DNA of 52,703 nucleotides from a virus (IMGVR_UViG_3300031857_000265:1-52703); one strand, 5' to 3'. Shown: positions 16,663 through 26,049, numbered from the stretch's first letter. Notes: a model not told the origin generated them from the letters alone. A program made the numbers and translations.

Positions 16663-17429
16663 CCGTGGCGCAGATGCCCGAGAGGCTCTCGCCGTCGTCG
16701 GTCTCCACTTGGTTGCAATGCCCCCTGAAGTTCAAGCTCAGCAGGATCGACAAGATCCCCGACGAACAGACGGAGGCGCAGGCGATCGGCAACATGACGC
16801 ACGAGGTCCTTGAGGCCCTGTTCAAGGAAGAGGCAGGCTCGAGGACGGTTGCGTTCGCCAGGGCGACCATGGTACAGATCTGGCACGACAAGTGGCAGAA
16901 GCACGCCGAGGATGTCCTGGGCCTGTCGCCGTACGCACAGCACATGATGAGGTGGAACGCCTGGCAGTGCGTCGAGAACTACTTCTCCCTAGAGGACCCG
17001 AACGGCCTCGAGCTCGCCGGGATAGAGGACGAGGTCAGGGGACATGTCGCCGGTGTCCCGATCCTCGGCTTCATCGACAGGTGGACGGTCTCCGACGGGG
17101 TCGCCACCATCGGCGACTACAAGACGGGCAAGGTGTCCAAGCCACCGTACGACAGGGACAAGAAGTTGCAGTTGATGATCTACGCCGACCTAGTCGAGGA
17201 GACGAAGGGGGTGAAAGTCGGCTCGTCGGAACTCATCTACCTCAAGGGCAAGGGCACGAGAGTAGTGTATGAGCCGACCGATGAACTCAGGTCGGAGACC
17301 CGGGACACGGTCGCACGGATCTGGAAAGAACTACAGGAATCATGCGAGACCGACAACTTCAGCACCAACAGGACGAAGCTCTGCGACTGGTGCTCCTACA
17401 AGCCGACGTGCCCCGCCTGGGGCAGGTGA
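16659..17429 (+). CDS. PD-(D/E)xK RecB/Cas4-like exonuclease with 4-Cys cluster
   Basis: LSPSS...QCPLKF, GNMTHEVLE, GFIDR, IGDYKTGK, QLMIY, CDWCSYKPTC; GTGA overlap at 16659. Confidence 0.88.
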   Translation: MTVAQMPERLSPSSVSTWLQCPLKFKLSRIDKIPDEQTEAQAIGNMTHEVLEALFKEEAGSRTVAFARATMVQIWHDKWQKHAEDVLGLSPYAQHMMRWNAWQCVENYFSLEDPNGLELAGIEDEVRGHVAGVPILGFIDRWTVSDGVATIGDYKTGKVSKPPYDRDKKLQLMIYADLVEETKGVKVGSSELIYLKGKGTRVVYEPTDELRSETRDTVARIWKELQESCETDNFSTNRTKLCDWCSYKPTCPAWGR

Positions 17430-17433
17430 CGCG

Positions 17434-17952
17434 ATGATGTCCGACGAGACCTTCGCCAGGCTCGTCGCCGACGACGTCAAGAACAGGGTCACCGACGAGC
17501 AGAGGCAGTACCTGAGGCTCTCGGAGAACAGGGACAGGTGGATGATCAACATCATCGCCCTGCTCAGGAACCTCGACCAGCAGGTCAGGGACATCGAGGC
17601 CCACGAGGAGAGGGACAGGGAGATCTACGGGACACTGGGCGAGGACGGCATCAGGCTGCTGGCCGAGGCGCAGGCGGCGTCGGACGAGCGCAGGAAGAAG
17701 GTCCTCCGCTTCCGCTACCACGTGGAGAAGAGGCTCGACGAGTGCGAGCGGATCAACATCGCCCACGACGACCATGACACGGAGCCGGACAGGCCCATCC
17801 TCCGCAGGGCCATCGAGAAGCACCGGGAGATGACGGAACAGGTCGGGATCAACCCGACCGAGATCGACACCGCGCTCTGGGCGTCGCTGGGCGGAGAGTG
17901 GAAGTTCGCCGAGATCGACGTCGACAGGCTGTCGGAGGAGTTGGACGATTGA
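17434..17952 (+). CDS. Hypothetical helical protein
   Basis: MMSDETFARLVADDVKN...; protein-like portion of track ORF 17269..17952, operonic spacing. Confidence 0.7.
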   Translation: MMSDETFARLVADDVKNRVTDEQRQYLRLSENRDRWMINIIALLRNLDQQVRDIEAHEERDREIYGTLGEDGIRLLAEAQAASDERRKKVLRFRYHVEKRLDECERINIAHDDHDTEPDRPILRRAIEKHREMTEQVGINPTEIDTALWASLGGEWKFAEIDVDRLSEELDD

Positions 17953-18248
17953 GGAGGCGTTCGGCCAAGAAGGAGGCCGAGTACGTCCTGCGGAGGCCGT
18001 TGGTCGCCCGTCTGCTGGCGGAGCGCCCGTGGTGCGAGGCGTGCCCCAAGTTCGCCGCGCACGACAACCTCATGGTCTACATCCGCAGGCCGTCGGTTGA
18101 CGTCCACGAACTGGTGAGGCGCTCGCAGGGCGGCTCAATACTCGAGGAGTCAAACCTCATGTGCGTCTGCAGGGAGTGCCACCGCAGGATCGGCAACGAG
18201 CCCCAGCTCGCCTTCGACCTCGGCCTGGCGAGACACGCCTACGACTGA
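17949..18248 (+). CDS. HNH endonuclease
   Basis: CEAC...DVHELVRRSQGG...NLMCVCRECH; TTGA overlap start. Confidence 0.85.
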   Translation: MRRRSAKKEAEYVLRRPLVARLLAERPWCEACPKFAAHDNLMVYIRRPSVDVHELVRRSQGGSILEESNLMCVCRECHRRIGNEPQLAFDLGLARHAYD

Positions 18249-18877
18249 CCGTCGAAGGAGCCAATCCTCGGGACGATGCGGGAAGAGCCGTTGAACGCCT
18301 CGCGCACCCGCTCCCCGTCCTCCGTTGTTATCTCTCCCCCATACAGGAGTTTGCCGGGGCTGTAGCCGCCGCACGAGTTCACGAGGTCCGCCACCCCGAA
18401 CATGGCGATCATGATCCTCCTCCTGCGCCAGTCGGGGTGGGTGTAGATCTGCTGGACGATCGGGTCGCCCTTCCGCCAGGTCAGTTTCGCCACGAAACCG
18501 AACAGGTCGTCCTTTTTGACCCCAGCGTCGGCGAACTGTTGCTCCGTGAGCACGGTCCCCGTCGGGAACCTGCCGTCGGCGTAGGCCAGCAGGGCCAAGT
18601 GCGGCGGGTCGAGGTGGGCGCCGTCGAACAGGGCGAACCACAGCTTCGTCATGTTCTCGTACGGCCCGAAGACCTCCTCCCTGTGGTAGTGGGCAACCAA
18701 TCGCCCGTCGTCGCCCATCTCGCACCACCCGTAGACGTCCTGCTCGGGTGGCGCCTCGCCCTGCGTGAGACCGCCGTCGCGGGTGCTGGTCTCAGACCTG
18801 ACGAACCTGATGTCGGCCCACCCGTCGTCCAGCACTCGGCCGGTGTTCCAGGCGTACACGTAGGGGAACTTGCTCAT
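18239..18877 (-). CDS. Putative GNAT-fold acetyltransferase
   Basis: IVQQIYTHPDWRRRRIMIAMF resembles GNAT motif A (acetyl-CoA loop); ITTEDG downstream. Confidence 0.55.
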   Translation of the reverse strand: MSKFPYVYAWNTGRVLDDGWADIRFVRSETSTRDGGLTQGEAPPEQDVYGWCEMGDDGRLVAHYHREEVFGPYENMTKLWFALFDGAHLDPPHLALLAYADGRFPTGTVLTEQQFADAGVKKDDLFGFVAKLTWRKGDPIVQQIYTHPDWRRRRIMIAMFGVADLVNSCGGYSPGKLLYGGEITTEDGERVREAFNGSSRIVPRIGSFDGQS

Positions 18878-18897
18878 GGCGGCGATGCTACAGGGGC

Positions 18898-18926
18898 AAA
18901 GGAAAAGCCCCCGGTTCCCCGGGGGC
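18898..18926 (-). terminator. Intrinsic terminator
   Basis: GCCCCCGG-loop-CCGGGGGC stem followed on the minus strand by TTTTCCTTT; downstream of gene 18959..19606. Confidence 0.8.
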
Positions 18927-18958
18927 CCTTCCTCGTGCCTTGTCGGGTCGGCGCTCTG

Positions 18959-19606
18959 TCAGTCCCAGATGCGGACGGGTGCGGTGAGTGTGTTGCCACC
19001 GACGCCGGTGTACGAGACGAAGATCGTCGCCGTGCCGGTGTAGGGCGTGTACTCCGACCAGTCGCCGCCGTCCGCATACACGAACAGCGAGAGGAACTCG
19101 TCCTCGTTCATGACCGACAGGTCGGTCTTGTAGCCCTGCGGGCCGGTGTCCCAGTTCCACCACGTGGTCATGTCCTCAACCGAAGGCAGGGACTTGGTGG
19201 TGCTGCGGTATACGGCCACCGTGTCGTTGACGTCGTCGAGCTGCACCTGCTGGTCGTAGGGGTTGTTGCCGCTTCCGGCACCCGTCTCGTCGTCTCGGAA
19301 GTCGGGGTTGCCGAACCAGCACGTCGGCTTGTCGTTGCTGGCCATGTCTCCCCAGACCCAGTTGTTGTCCGACACGAAGCCGCCGGTGTTCTTGGCGTTG
19401 CGGGTCTTGATGGCCCCGAGGCGCAGGATGCGTTCGGTGCTCCACGGATTACCGTCGTCGTCCTCGCCGCTGAGTCCGTCGTCGGCGGTGAACCAGATCT
19501 TCTCGATCTTGACGCGGAAGGGGAACGAGACGTTCACGTACTTCTTGAACTCACCGTCAACCGCGTAGTTGAGGGCGAGGATTGAGGGGGGGATGATTCC
19601 CGACAT
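18959..19606 (-). CDS. Hypothetical protein, paralog of the adjacent gene (possible virion protein)
   Basis: 215 aa starting MSGIIPPSIL; SD AAAGGAA. Confidence 0.7.
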   Translation of the reverse strand: MSGIIPPSILALNYAVDGEFKKYVNVSFPFRVKIEKIWFTADDGLSGEDDDGNPWSTERILRLGAIKTRNAKNTGGFVSDNNWVWGDMASNDKPTCWFGNPDFRDDETGAGSGNNPYDQQVQLDDVNDTVAVYRSTTKSLPSVEDMTTWWNWDTGPQGYKTDLSVMNEDEFLSLFVYADGGDWSEYTPYTGTATIFVSYTGVGGNTLTAPVRIWD

Positions 19607-19632
19607 CGGGTGTTCCTTTCCGCTTTCTGTGG

Positions 19633-19995
19633 TCAGTCGGCGACGCCGACGTACGAGATGGCGACGAGGATGCCCGCGCCGGCGGTGCCGGAGCCGACCT
19701 GGGTGACGTCGATGTCGATGATGTTGCCCGTGCGGAAGACGAAACCGTCATCCGCGATCGTTCCGGTCGCCGTCGCCGAGAACTCGTTGGCGGGGATCGT
19801 GAAGGTTCCGATGGTGGTCGTGGCGGCCTGCATGCGGGCGATCAACGACGCTCCGGTGGGTGCGGTCTTGAGGCCGGCGGTGGCGTTGGTCATCTTGCCG
19901 TCGCACGGCATGACGATGCGCAGGACATTGTCGGCCACGCTGAGGCTTCCCTCGGCCTGGATGGTGAAGATTGACTTGGGGATGATCCCGGACAT
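19633..19995 (-). CDS. Beta-rich hypothetical protein (possible virion/decoration protein)
   Basis: 120 aa starting MSGIIPKSIF; TAPTGASLI...IDVTQVGSGTAGAG pattern; SD AAGGAG. Confidence 0.7.
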   Translation of the reverse strand: MSGIIPKSIFTIQAEGSLSVADNVLRIVMPCDGKMTNATAGLKTAPTGASLIARMQAATTTIGTFTIPANEFSATATGTIADDGFVFRTGNIIDIDVTQVGSGTAGAGILVAISYVGVAD

Positions 19996-20101
19996 GAGTT
20001 TGCTCCTTCTGACGACTTGTGTTGTCGTGGGAAATGTAGCAGTTTGGGTTCACGGCATTGGCTAGACAGGCGACGCCGTTAGTTGGTACGATCCGCAGCG
20101 C

Positions 20102-20602
20102 ATGGATGTCGTCGGCGTTGACCTGAGCCTCACCTCAACGGGGGTGGCGACGCCGTCCGGCACTTCCGCCGTCTCGGTTGCGTCGACCGGCGTGGCCAGG
20201 CTCGTCGGCATCAGAGACTCCGTCATGTCGCTCGTGTTGTCCTGCGACAATCCGCTCGTGGTGGTGGAGGGGTACTCGTTCTCCTCCAGGAACTCGCACG
20301 CCCACGCACTCGGGGAGCTGGGCGGCGTTTTCAGGGTTGCGCTCTTTGAGGCGCGGGTGCCGTACGTCGACGTTCCCCCGACATGTAGGGCGAAGTTCGC
20401 CACGGGGAAGGGGAACGCCGGCAAGAGCGAGGTAGTGTCTTCCGTGTCGGCCAGGACGGGAATCGTCTGGTCCGGCAAGGGGGCGGAGGACATGTGCGAC
20501 GCGTGGATCCTCCAGGAGATGGGGCTAGCGCTCCTCGGGCGGGCCAGACACGACTGGCCCAAGGAGAACCTCTCCGCGCTCGACAAGATTCAATACCAAT
20601 GA
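20102..20602 (+). CDS. ruvC: RuvC-like Holliday junction resolvase
   Basis: VVGVDLSLTSTGVA, VVVEGYSF, LGELGGV, KFATGKGNAGK, DMCDA. Confidence 0.88.
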   Translation: MDVVGVDLSLTSTGVATPSGTSAVSVASTGVARLVGIRDSVMSLVLSCDNPLVVVEGYSFSSRNSHAHALGELGGVFRVALFEARVPYVDVPPTCRAKFATGKGNAGKSEVVSSVSARTGIVWSGKGAEDMCDAWILQEMGLALLGRARHDWPKENLSALDKIQYQ

Positions 20603-20612
20603 CGACTAAAGG

Positions 20613-20969
20613 ATGAACATGAAGAACGGCAGGGGAACACCCATCAGTCAAGTCGAGGTAGAGGAGGAGATACTCCGCCTCGTCGGCGACTTGGAGTCAG
20701 AGACCGAGGCCTTCGAGACGCTGTCCCTCGACGCCGCGAAGAAGGAAGCCAGATTCAAGGGGGAGTGGGCGAAGGCATACCTGTCCGCCAGCGGCTCGAT
20801 CAAGGAGAGGGAGGCGTGGGCCGACTACCAGATCTCCGACGCCCACATGGACTGGAAGATCGCCGACGGCCTGCTCAGGGCGAAGAGGGAGAAGCTTGCT
20901 AGTATCAGGTCGTCAATCGACGCGCTCAGGACTCTGAACGCAAACGTCAGGGCGCAGGTGATGTCGTGA
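20613..20969 (+). CDS. Hypothetical coiled-coil protein
   Basis: 118 aa helical ORF between ruvC and ParB with tight spacing. Confidence 0.75.
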   Translation: MNMKNGRGTPISQVEVEEEILRLVGDLESETEAFETLSLDAAKKEARFKGEWAKAYLSASGSIKEREAWADYQISDAHMDWKIADGLLRAKREKLASIRSSIDALRTLNANVRAQVMS

Positions 20970-21742
20970 ACCACAACATCAACCCGTCCCTCGCAGATCT
21001 TGCCCTGCCTGTCGAACTCCTCGAGCCGCTGCCCGGAAACCCGCGCATCGGTAACGTCGACGCGATCGCGGCGTCCTACAGGGAGTTCGGGCAGGTCAAG
21101 CCCATCGTCGTGAAGGAACAGCCCGGTGGCACCTATGTCGTCGTCGCCGGCAATCACCAGCTGCAGGCCGTCAAGAAACTCGGTTGGTCGCACATCGCCG
21201 CCGTGCAGATGGACGGCGATGACCAGCGCGCCGCCGCGTTCGCACTCGTGGACAACAGGGTTGCGGACCTCGGGCGCACCGACCCCGCCCTCCTCCACGA
21301 CATCCTCTCCAACGTGTTCGACGAGTTCCCGGAACTGTTCGAGCAGGTCGGATGGGACGAGTACGAGGTCGCCTCCATCGGGACAGACATCGAGGAGTTG
21401 TACAGCTCCGTCAACGGCAACGGCGCGGCCGGTGCCTACATCCCGCCCGTGCTCGTCGACCCCGTTCCCCAGATGACCGTCGAGACGAGGGACGACGGGT
21501 CCAAGCAGTACGCCGCCCCCTCAACCGTTGACCAGAAGGCCACCGCGGCCCAGGGTGCGGCCGCGGCTGGTGGGACGGGGGCCAAGCAGGCTGTGTTCTC
21601 GTTCAGCCTCGTGTTTGACGACAACGCGCAGATGAGCAGGTGGTGGGACTTCGTGAAGTGGCTGAGGGCCAACCCCGCCTACGACGGCGACACCATCGCC
21701 TCCAAGGTGATGTCGTTCATTGACGCACACAGCGAGGTCTGA
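20966..21742 (+). CDS. ParB/Srx-like N-terminal domain protein
   Basis: LEPLPGNPRIG, IAASYREFGQVKPIVV, VVAGNHQLQA, ALVDNR. Confidence 0.88.
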   Translation: MNHNINPSLADLALPVELLEPLPGNPRIGNVDAIAASYREFGQVKPIVVKEQPGGTYVVVAGNHQLQAVKKLGWSHIAAVQMDGDDQRAAAFALVDNRVADLGRTDPALLHDILSNVFDEFPELFEQVGWDEYEVASIGTDIEELYSSVNGNGAAGAYIPPVLVDPVPQMTVETRDDGSKQYAAPSTVDQKATAAQGAAAAGGTGAKQAVFSFSLVFDDNAQMSRWWDFVKWLRANPAYDGDTIASKVMSFIDAHSEV

Positions 21743-21743
21743 C

Positions 21744-21971
21744 ATGTGCGAGAGTTGCGAATACTGCGGTGGCGAGAGGCACGGCCCGACCGCCTGCCCT
21801 CTGGTGAAGAGCGTTGAGTTCTTCCCCGACGGGAGTGTCAAGAAGGTGGAGAAGTACGACCGCAACGTCATGCCTCGGTTCGGCACCACGACGTCCGTGT
21901 CGGGGTGGCCATCCAACCTGACGGTGCGGCTGCAGGACGGGTCGCCCAGCGACAAGGAAGAACCGCATTGA
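21744..21971 (+). CDS. Small Cys/His-rich hypothetical protein
   Basis: MCESCEYCGGERHGPTACP...; ATG 2 nt after the ParB stop. Confidence 0.6.
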   Translation: MCESCEYCGGERHGPTACPLVKSVEFFPDGSVKKVEKYDRNVMPRFGTTTSVSGWPSNLTVRLQDGSPSDKEEPH

Positions 21972-22171
21972 CCGACTACTGGCGCAACAAACTTGTTGAC
22001 AGGTTCGGCCCGGAGGTCGTCGTCAAGTGCTGTCGCCTGCACAAGGGTCACTACAACGGTGGCAGGTGGGGTCTGTGCGGGGCGTGCGGGCGGAGGCCCG
22101 AGATCGTCCAGATGACGTGGGAGGAAGCCGACGCAGAGATTGCCGCGGCGAGGGGGGATGGCGATGTCTAG
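21968..22171 (+). CDS. Small Cys-rich hypothetical protein
   Basis: TTGA overlap; KCCRLH...CGACG. Confidence 0.55.
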   Translation: MTDYWRNKLVDRFGPEVVVKCCRLHKGHYNGGRWGLCGACGRRPEIVQMTWEEADAEIAAARGDGDV

Positions 22172-23309
22172 GCAGAGGATGTTCCTTGACATGTCGTGTG
22201 TTGACGCCGCGCGCGAGCGCATCAGGCACGTGTACGACACCTTTGACACCGTGTGCGTCCAGTTCTCCGGCGGAAAGGACTCGACCGCCGTCCTGTACCT
22301 CGCCAAGGAAGTCCACGAGGAGCGCGGCCTCGGCCCGGTGAAGGTCATCTTCCGCGACGAGGAGATGGTCAGCCCTCTCGTCGTCGACTTCGTGGAGAGG
22401 GTTCGCAACTACGACTGGGTGGACATGGAGTGGTACTGCCTGCCGGTCGGGCAGGAGTGCTGGGTGCTGGGCAAGCGCGAGTACGTCCTGCTGTGGTCGG
22501 AGAAACGCAGGCTCGAGGGCAGACTCATCAGGCCCATGCCGCCGTGGGCGATCCACGCCGGGCACTTCGGGGCGACGGCGACGAAGCCGTTGCCCGAACC
22601 GATCGACTACTACACGATGCAGGGGAAGAGGGGGCGCACAGCCTTCATCACGGGGGTCCGCGCCAACGAGTCAATGGTCAGGTTCCGCTCGGTGGTGAAC
22701 AAGCTCAACGAGAACTACATCACCCGCCCCTACAAGCTCCAGAAATCCATACCTCTCATGCTGGCGAAACCCATCTACGACTGGGTGGCTGCCGATGTCC
22801 TCAAGTTCCTGCAGGAGGAGCACGGTGCTGAGTGGTGCGAGTACTACGACGTCGCCGCGATGGTCGGGGGCGTGCAGAGGGTGGGCATCCCCCTCCACTC
22901 CGTCGCCATACGCCGGCTGAGGGACTACACCGCCGCCGAGCCGTGGTGGTTCGACAGGCTGTACGACTGCTTCCCGCAGGTCGACGCGCAGTACAGGCTG
23001 TGGCCGGAGTTCGACGTCGACGCCTACATCAACGACTACGCGTCGGAGGGGTGGGACGGCGTGAAGAGGTGCATCGAGGAGAACATGCTCACCCCCGGCA
23101 TCAGGAGGACGGCGATGGCGGCCGTGGCCGACTTCAGGAAGAAGCACATCAACGACCCCGTCTCCTACCCGATCTCGTGGCTCATCAGGACGCTCGTGAT
23201 GAACGAGTTCCACACGACGTCGGCGAGGCCCGTCGGCCCGAAGACCAAGGACTGGAAGAGAAAGATGGCGGCGGAGCAGGAGTACGCCGCGGAACACGAG
23301 GGTGAATGA
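22164..23309 (+). CDS. PAPS-reductase-like PP-loop protein (IbrA/YbdN-like)
   Basis: DAARERIRHVYDTFDTVCVQFSGGKDS, FRDEE, GVRANESMVR, KPIYDW; start 22158 or 22164. Confidence 0.85.
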   Translation: MSRQRMFLDMSCVDAARERIRHVYDTFDTVCVQFSGGKDSTAVLYLAKEVHEERGLGPVKVIFRDEEMVSPLVVDFVERVRNYDWVDMEWYCLPVGQECWVLGKREYVLLWSEKRRLEGRLIRPMPPWAIHAGHFGATATKPLPEPIDYYTMQGKRGRTAFITGVRANESMVRFRSVVNKLNENYITRPYKLQKSIPLMLAKPIYDWVAADVLKFLQEEHGAEWCEYYDVAAMVGGVQRVGIPLHSVAIRRLRDYTAAEPWWFDRLYDCFPQVDAQYRLWPEFDVDAYINDYASEGWDGVKRCIEENMLTPGIRRTAMAAVADFRKKHINDPVSYPISWLIRTLVMNEFHTTSARPVGPKTKDWKRKMAAEQEYAAEHEGE

Positions 23310-23865
23310 CATGAACATTGAGACCGTGAACATCAACTCGCTGAGGCCAGCCCGCTGGGCGACCACCCACCTGCTGCGCCCCGACGAGAGACTCCTGATC
23401 CAGTCGATGTCCGACTGGGGGTGGTTGCAACCGCTGGTCGTCCGGGCCGAGGACAGGACGATCATTGACGGGAACCTCAGGTGGGTCATCGCAAAGGAGG
23501 AGAGGCCGGTCTCGGCCAAGGTCGGCGAGGACGTCCCCGTCGTCTGGGTCTCCTGCGACGAGGTGGACGCGATGGTCCTCCATGTCCGGCTGAACAGGGC
23601 GAGGGGCATGCAGGTGGCCACCAAGCTCTCCTCGCTCCTGAAGTGGGTCGCCGCGTCCGGCAAGTACGACGCACGGGCGATCAAGAACATGCTGGTGATG
23701 ACGGGCGAGGAGTACGAGGTCCTGGCCGACGGGCAGTACCTCAAGCGCAAGTCCATCAAGGAGCACTCCTACTCAAGGGGCTGGGTCCCCGTCGAGGCCC
23801 CGAAGCCCGGGGTGGCCATCGCCGGCGAGATGCGCTTCGAGAGGCCGGCTAACAGGGACAACTGA
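23302..23865 (+). CDS. ParB-like domain protein (IbrB-like)
   Basis: LLIQSMSDWGWLQPLVV, IIDGNLRW, HVRLNRARG; overlaps the PAPS-reductase-like gene. Confidence 0.82.
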   Translation: MNDMNIETVNINSLRPARWATTHLLRPDERLLIQSMSDWGWLQPLVVRAEDRTIIDGNLRWVIAKEERPVSAKVGEDVPVVWVSCDEVDAMVLHVRLNRARGMQVATKLSSLLKWVAASGKYDARAIKNMLVMTGEEYEVLADGQYLKRKSIKEHSYSRGWVPVEAPKPGVAIAGEMRFERPANRDN

Positions 23866-23926
23866 GCGGGCGGTCGCTTGTGTTACTGTGTCCTCGACCA
23901 CGCCGAGCCGACGGAGGAGCGCAGAA

Positions 23927-24307
23927 GTGCCTCAATCAAGAGTTGGAGCAGACACCGAGAGGGACATGATCATGGGCCCCGGCGTCCTGTATGACACGGG
24001 CGGCAGGGAGCCGAACGCGGTCGGCTTCGGCGCACCCGGCGAGAGCCTCCAGGCCCCGCCCGTCCCCGGGACGGGTGCCGGCAGGACGCTGGAGAACCCG
24101 CCCGGCGGGCCAGAACCGACACCGGCGCCGGCTGGCGGCGGCACGCCACGAGCCGCAGTCCCGCGCACCCCGACCGCCCCGAGGGGGACGGCGGCCCCGA
24201 GGACCTCCGGGACGAGGGCCCCGAGGAACAGCAACAGGTCCAGGAGGCAGGGCGGACTGCTTTCCCGCGCCCTGAGAGGTGTCGCCCGCAGGCTCCGCGG
24301 TCGCTGA
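23927..24307 (+). CDS. Low-complexity Pro/Gly/Arg-rich hypothetical protein
   Basis: GGAGG SD before GTG 23927; TGTTACTGT extended -10 near 23881; basic C-terminus. Confidence 0.55.
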   Translation: MPQSRVGADTERDMIMGPGVLYDTGGREPNAVGFGAPGESLQAPPVPGTGAGRTLENPPGGPEPTPAPAGGGTPRAAVPRTPTAPRGTAAPRTSGTRAPRNSNRSRRQGGLLSRALRGVARRLRGR

Positions 24308-24320
24308 TTAGGAGGCAGAA

Positions 24321-24944
24321 ATGCTCGTAACAGTGCGCGAGCTGGCCGCCTACATGGACCGGCAACTGACGAACAGGCAGCAGGACGCGGCCGAACTGGT
24401 GATTGCTGGCCTGCAGGCCGAGATCGAGGCGTACATCAACAGGCCGGTCGAGATCAGGGAGTTCACCGAAACGCACATCGTCCCCGAGGACACCCTGTAC
24501 ATCAACACGGAGGCGTACTTCTACGACAGGGCGCTGGACACCACCAACGCCAACATCCGCGTCCTGATGCCCACATACACCATCCATCTGGCGAACGCCC
24601 CGATCACCTCGGTTTCCGAGGTCCTGCTCCACCCCTTCGGCTACCCCGCACCCAGCCCGGTGACCTTCAACGAGGGGCAGCAGTACCTGGTCAGAAAGTA
24701 CGGCCTTGACCTCTACTCGGTGTGGGCCGGCGACATGATCGAGGTCACCTACGAGGCGGGTATCGCCGAGAACGCCTACATCAAGCAGATCCTCATCCGC
24801 GCCGCCTCCCGCGAGATGCAGAACATGACCGACGACGTCGTCGGCCTGAAGGACTTCCAGAACAGGGGCGCAACCGTCGCCGACATTGGTTTGATGCCGG
24901 GCGAGAAGGCCGGCCTCGACAGGTTCAGGCGGAAGAAGGTATGA
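24321..24944 (+). CDS. Head-tail adaptor/connector
   Basis: MLVTVRELAAYM...AEIEAYINR, PITSVSEV, IEVTYEAG; first neck gene. Confidence 0.75.
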   Translation: MLVTVRELAAYMDRQLTNRQQDAAELVIAGLQAEIEAYINRPVEIREFTETHIVPEDTLYINTEAYFYDRALDTTNANIRVLMPTYTIHLANAPITSVSEVLLHPFGYPAPSPVTFNEGQQYLVRKYGLDLYSVWAGDMIEVTYEAGIAENAYIKQILIRAASREMQNMTDDVVGLKDFQNRGATVADIGLMPGEKAGLDRFRRKKV

Positions 24945-25417
24945 GCACCGTCTCCATCAAGGTGACCGTCGACTACGACTCCATCACCGCCGCCCGCAAG
25001 AACATGGGTTCGTACAGGGCCCCCCTCCAGGAGGGCGTGAACTACCTGCGCACGGCCTTCCAACAGAACTTCGACTCGCAGGGAATGATGGTCGGCGGGT
25101 GGCAACCGCTGTCCCCGTTCACCAGCGCGTGGAGGGCGAGGAACGGTTACCCGCCGGTCGCCCCCATACTCGTGAACAACGGTTCGCTCAGGGCCGCCGT
25201 CCTCGCCGGGCGTGGCGACATCAGCGCCAAGGACGCCAGGCTGACGATCACCAACAGGGTGGCGAAGTTCCACCAGTACGGGAGCACCAAGACGAGACTC
25301 CCCCAGCGTGAGATCGTGTTCGAGCCGCCCGGGTTCGCCCAGTTGATGGCGCGCCGCATAAGGGCGCACATCATGCCCAACACATTCACCGCCGACCTCA
25401 GGGCGTTGTTCCCATGA
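24941..25417 (+). CDS. Virion morphogenesis / tail completion protein (Mu gpG-like)
   Basis: QNFDSQG..GWQPLSP, ILVNNGSLR, AKFHQYG..LPQREIV; ATGA overlap. Confidence 0.8.
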   Translation: MSTVSIKVTVDYDSITAARKNMGSYRAPLQEGVNYLRTAFQQNFDSQGMMVGGWQPLSPFTSAWRARNGYPPVAPILVNNGSLRAAVLAGRGDISAKDARLTITNRVAKFHQYGSTKTRLPQREIVFEPPGFAQLMARRIRAHIMPNTFTADLRALFP

Positions 25418-26031
25418 TGTCTGGGCCGTGGTCCGCGAAGGAGTACGTCTCGTCGTACCTCCAGGAGGATCTGCCGAAACGCATCAACGGGTACAGGAAC
25501 CTGTGGCAACTCGACTCCGACAGGTTGCCCCTGCCCGAGAAGTACTTCTCGTACGAGCCGCCCGCCCTTGACTACTGGCCGATGCTGATCACGGTTGCTC
25601 TGGCGACCCCCTCGATGACCAGGATCGACTACACCGACGGCATGAACCCCGTGTACAGGGTTGCGTACAACATGCGGACGTACATCTGGGTGAGGCAGGA
25701 TCACGCCGAACTCGCCACGGAGAGCAGGGACAGGCTGACCACCGTCGTCAGGTCGGCCCTGCTCGACAGGCAGTCGCTGGTCTCGGCGGACGACGAGGGG
25801 CACGACCTGCTCGTCGACGAGACCTCAATGAGGGAAGAGTTCTCCGACATCACGTATGTGAAGGGCGACAGGGCGGTTACGGGATCGTTCATCGCCTACA
25901 CCCTGTTGCTCAACGAAGCGATCACCCGCCCGAACCTGTTCACCCCGACGGCGACGCCGAGCAACCCGAACATCGGCACTAAGACGCAGACGATGGTCAC
26001 CTACGGGGTCCTTTCACCGGACGAGGCTTGA
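25414..26031 (+). CDS. Probable tail terminator / neck protein
   Basis: 205 aa; position between neck genes and sheath. Confidence 0.55.
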   Translation: MMSGPWSAKEYVSSYLQEDLPKRINGYRNLWQLDSDRLPLPEKYFSYEPPALDYWPMLITVALATPSMTRIDYTDGMNPVYRVAYNMRTYIWVRQDHAELATESRDRLTTVVRSALLDRQSLVSADDEGHDLLVDETSMREEFSDITYVKGDRAVTGSFIAYTLLLNEAITRPNLFTPTATPSNPNIGTKTQTMVTYGVLSPDEA

Positions 26032-26049
26032 CTGGGTTAGGATTCCGGC

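Noticed and set aside
16659-17429. Cas4-like nuclease as evidence of CRISPR-Cas
   Set aside because: No repeat-spacer array or other cas genes; it sits beside the Rad52-like annealase as a recombination module.
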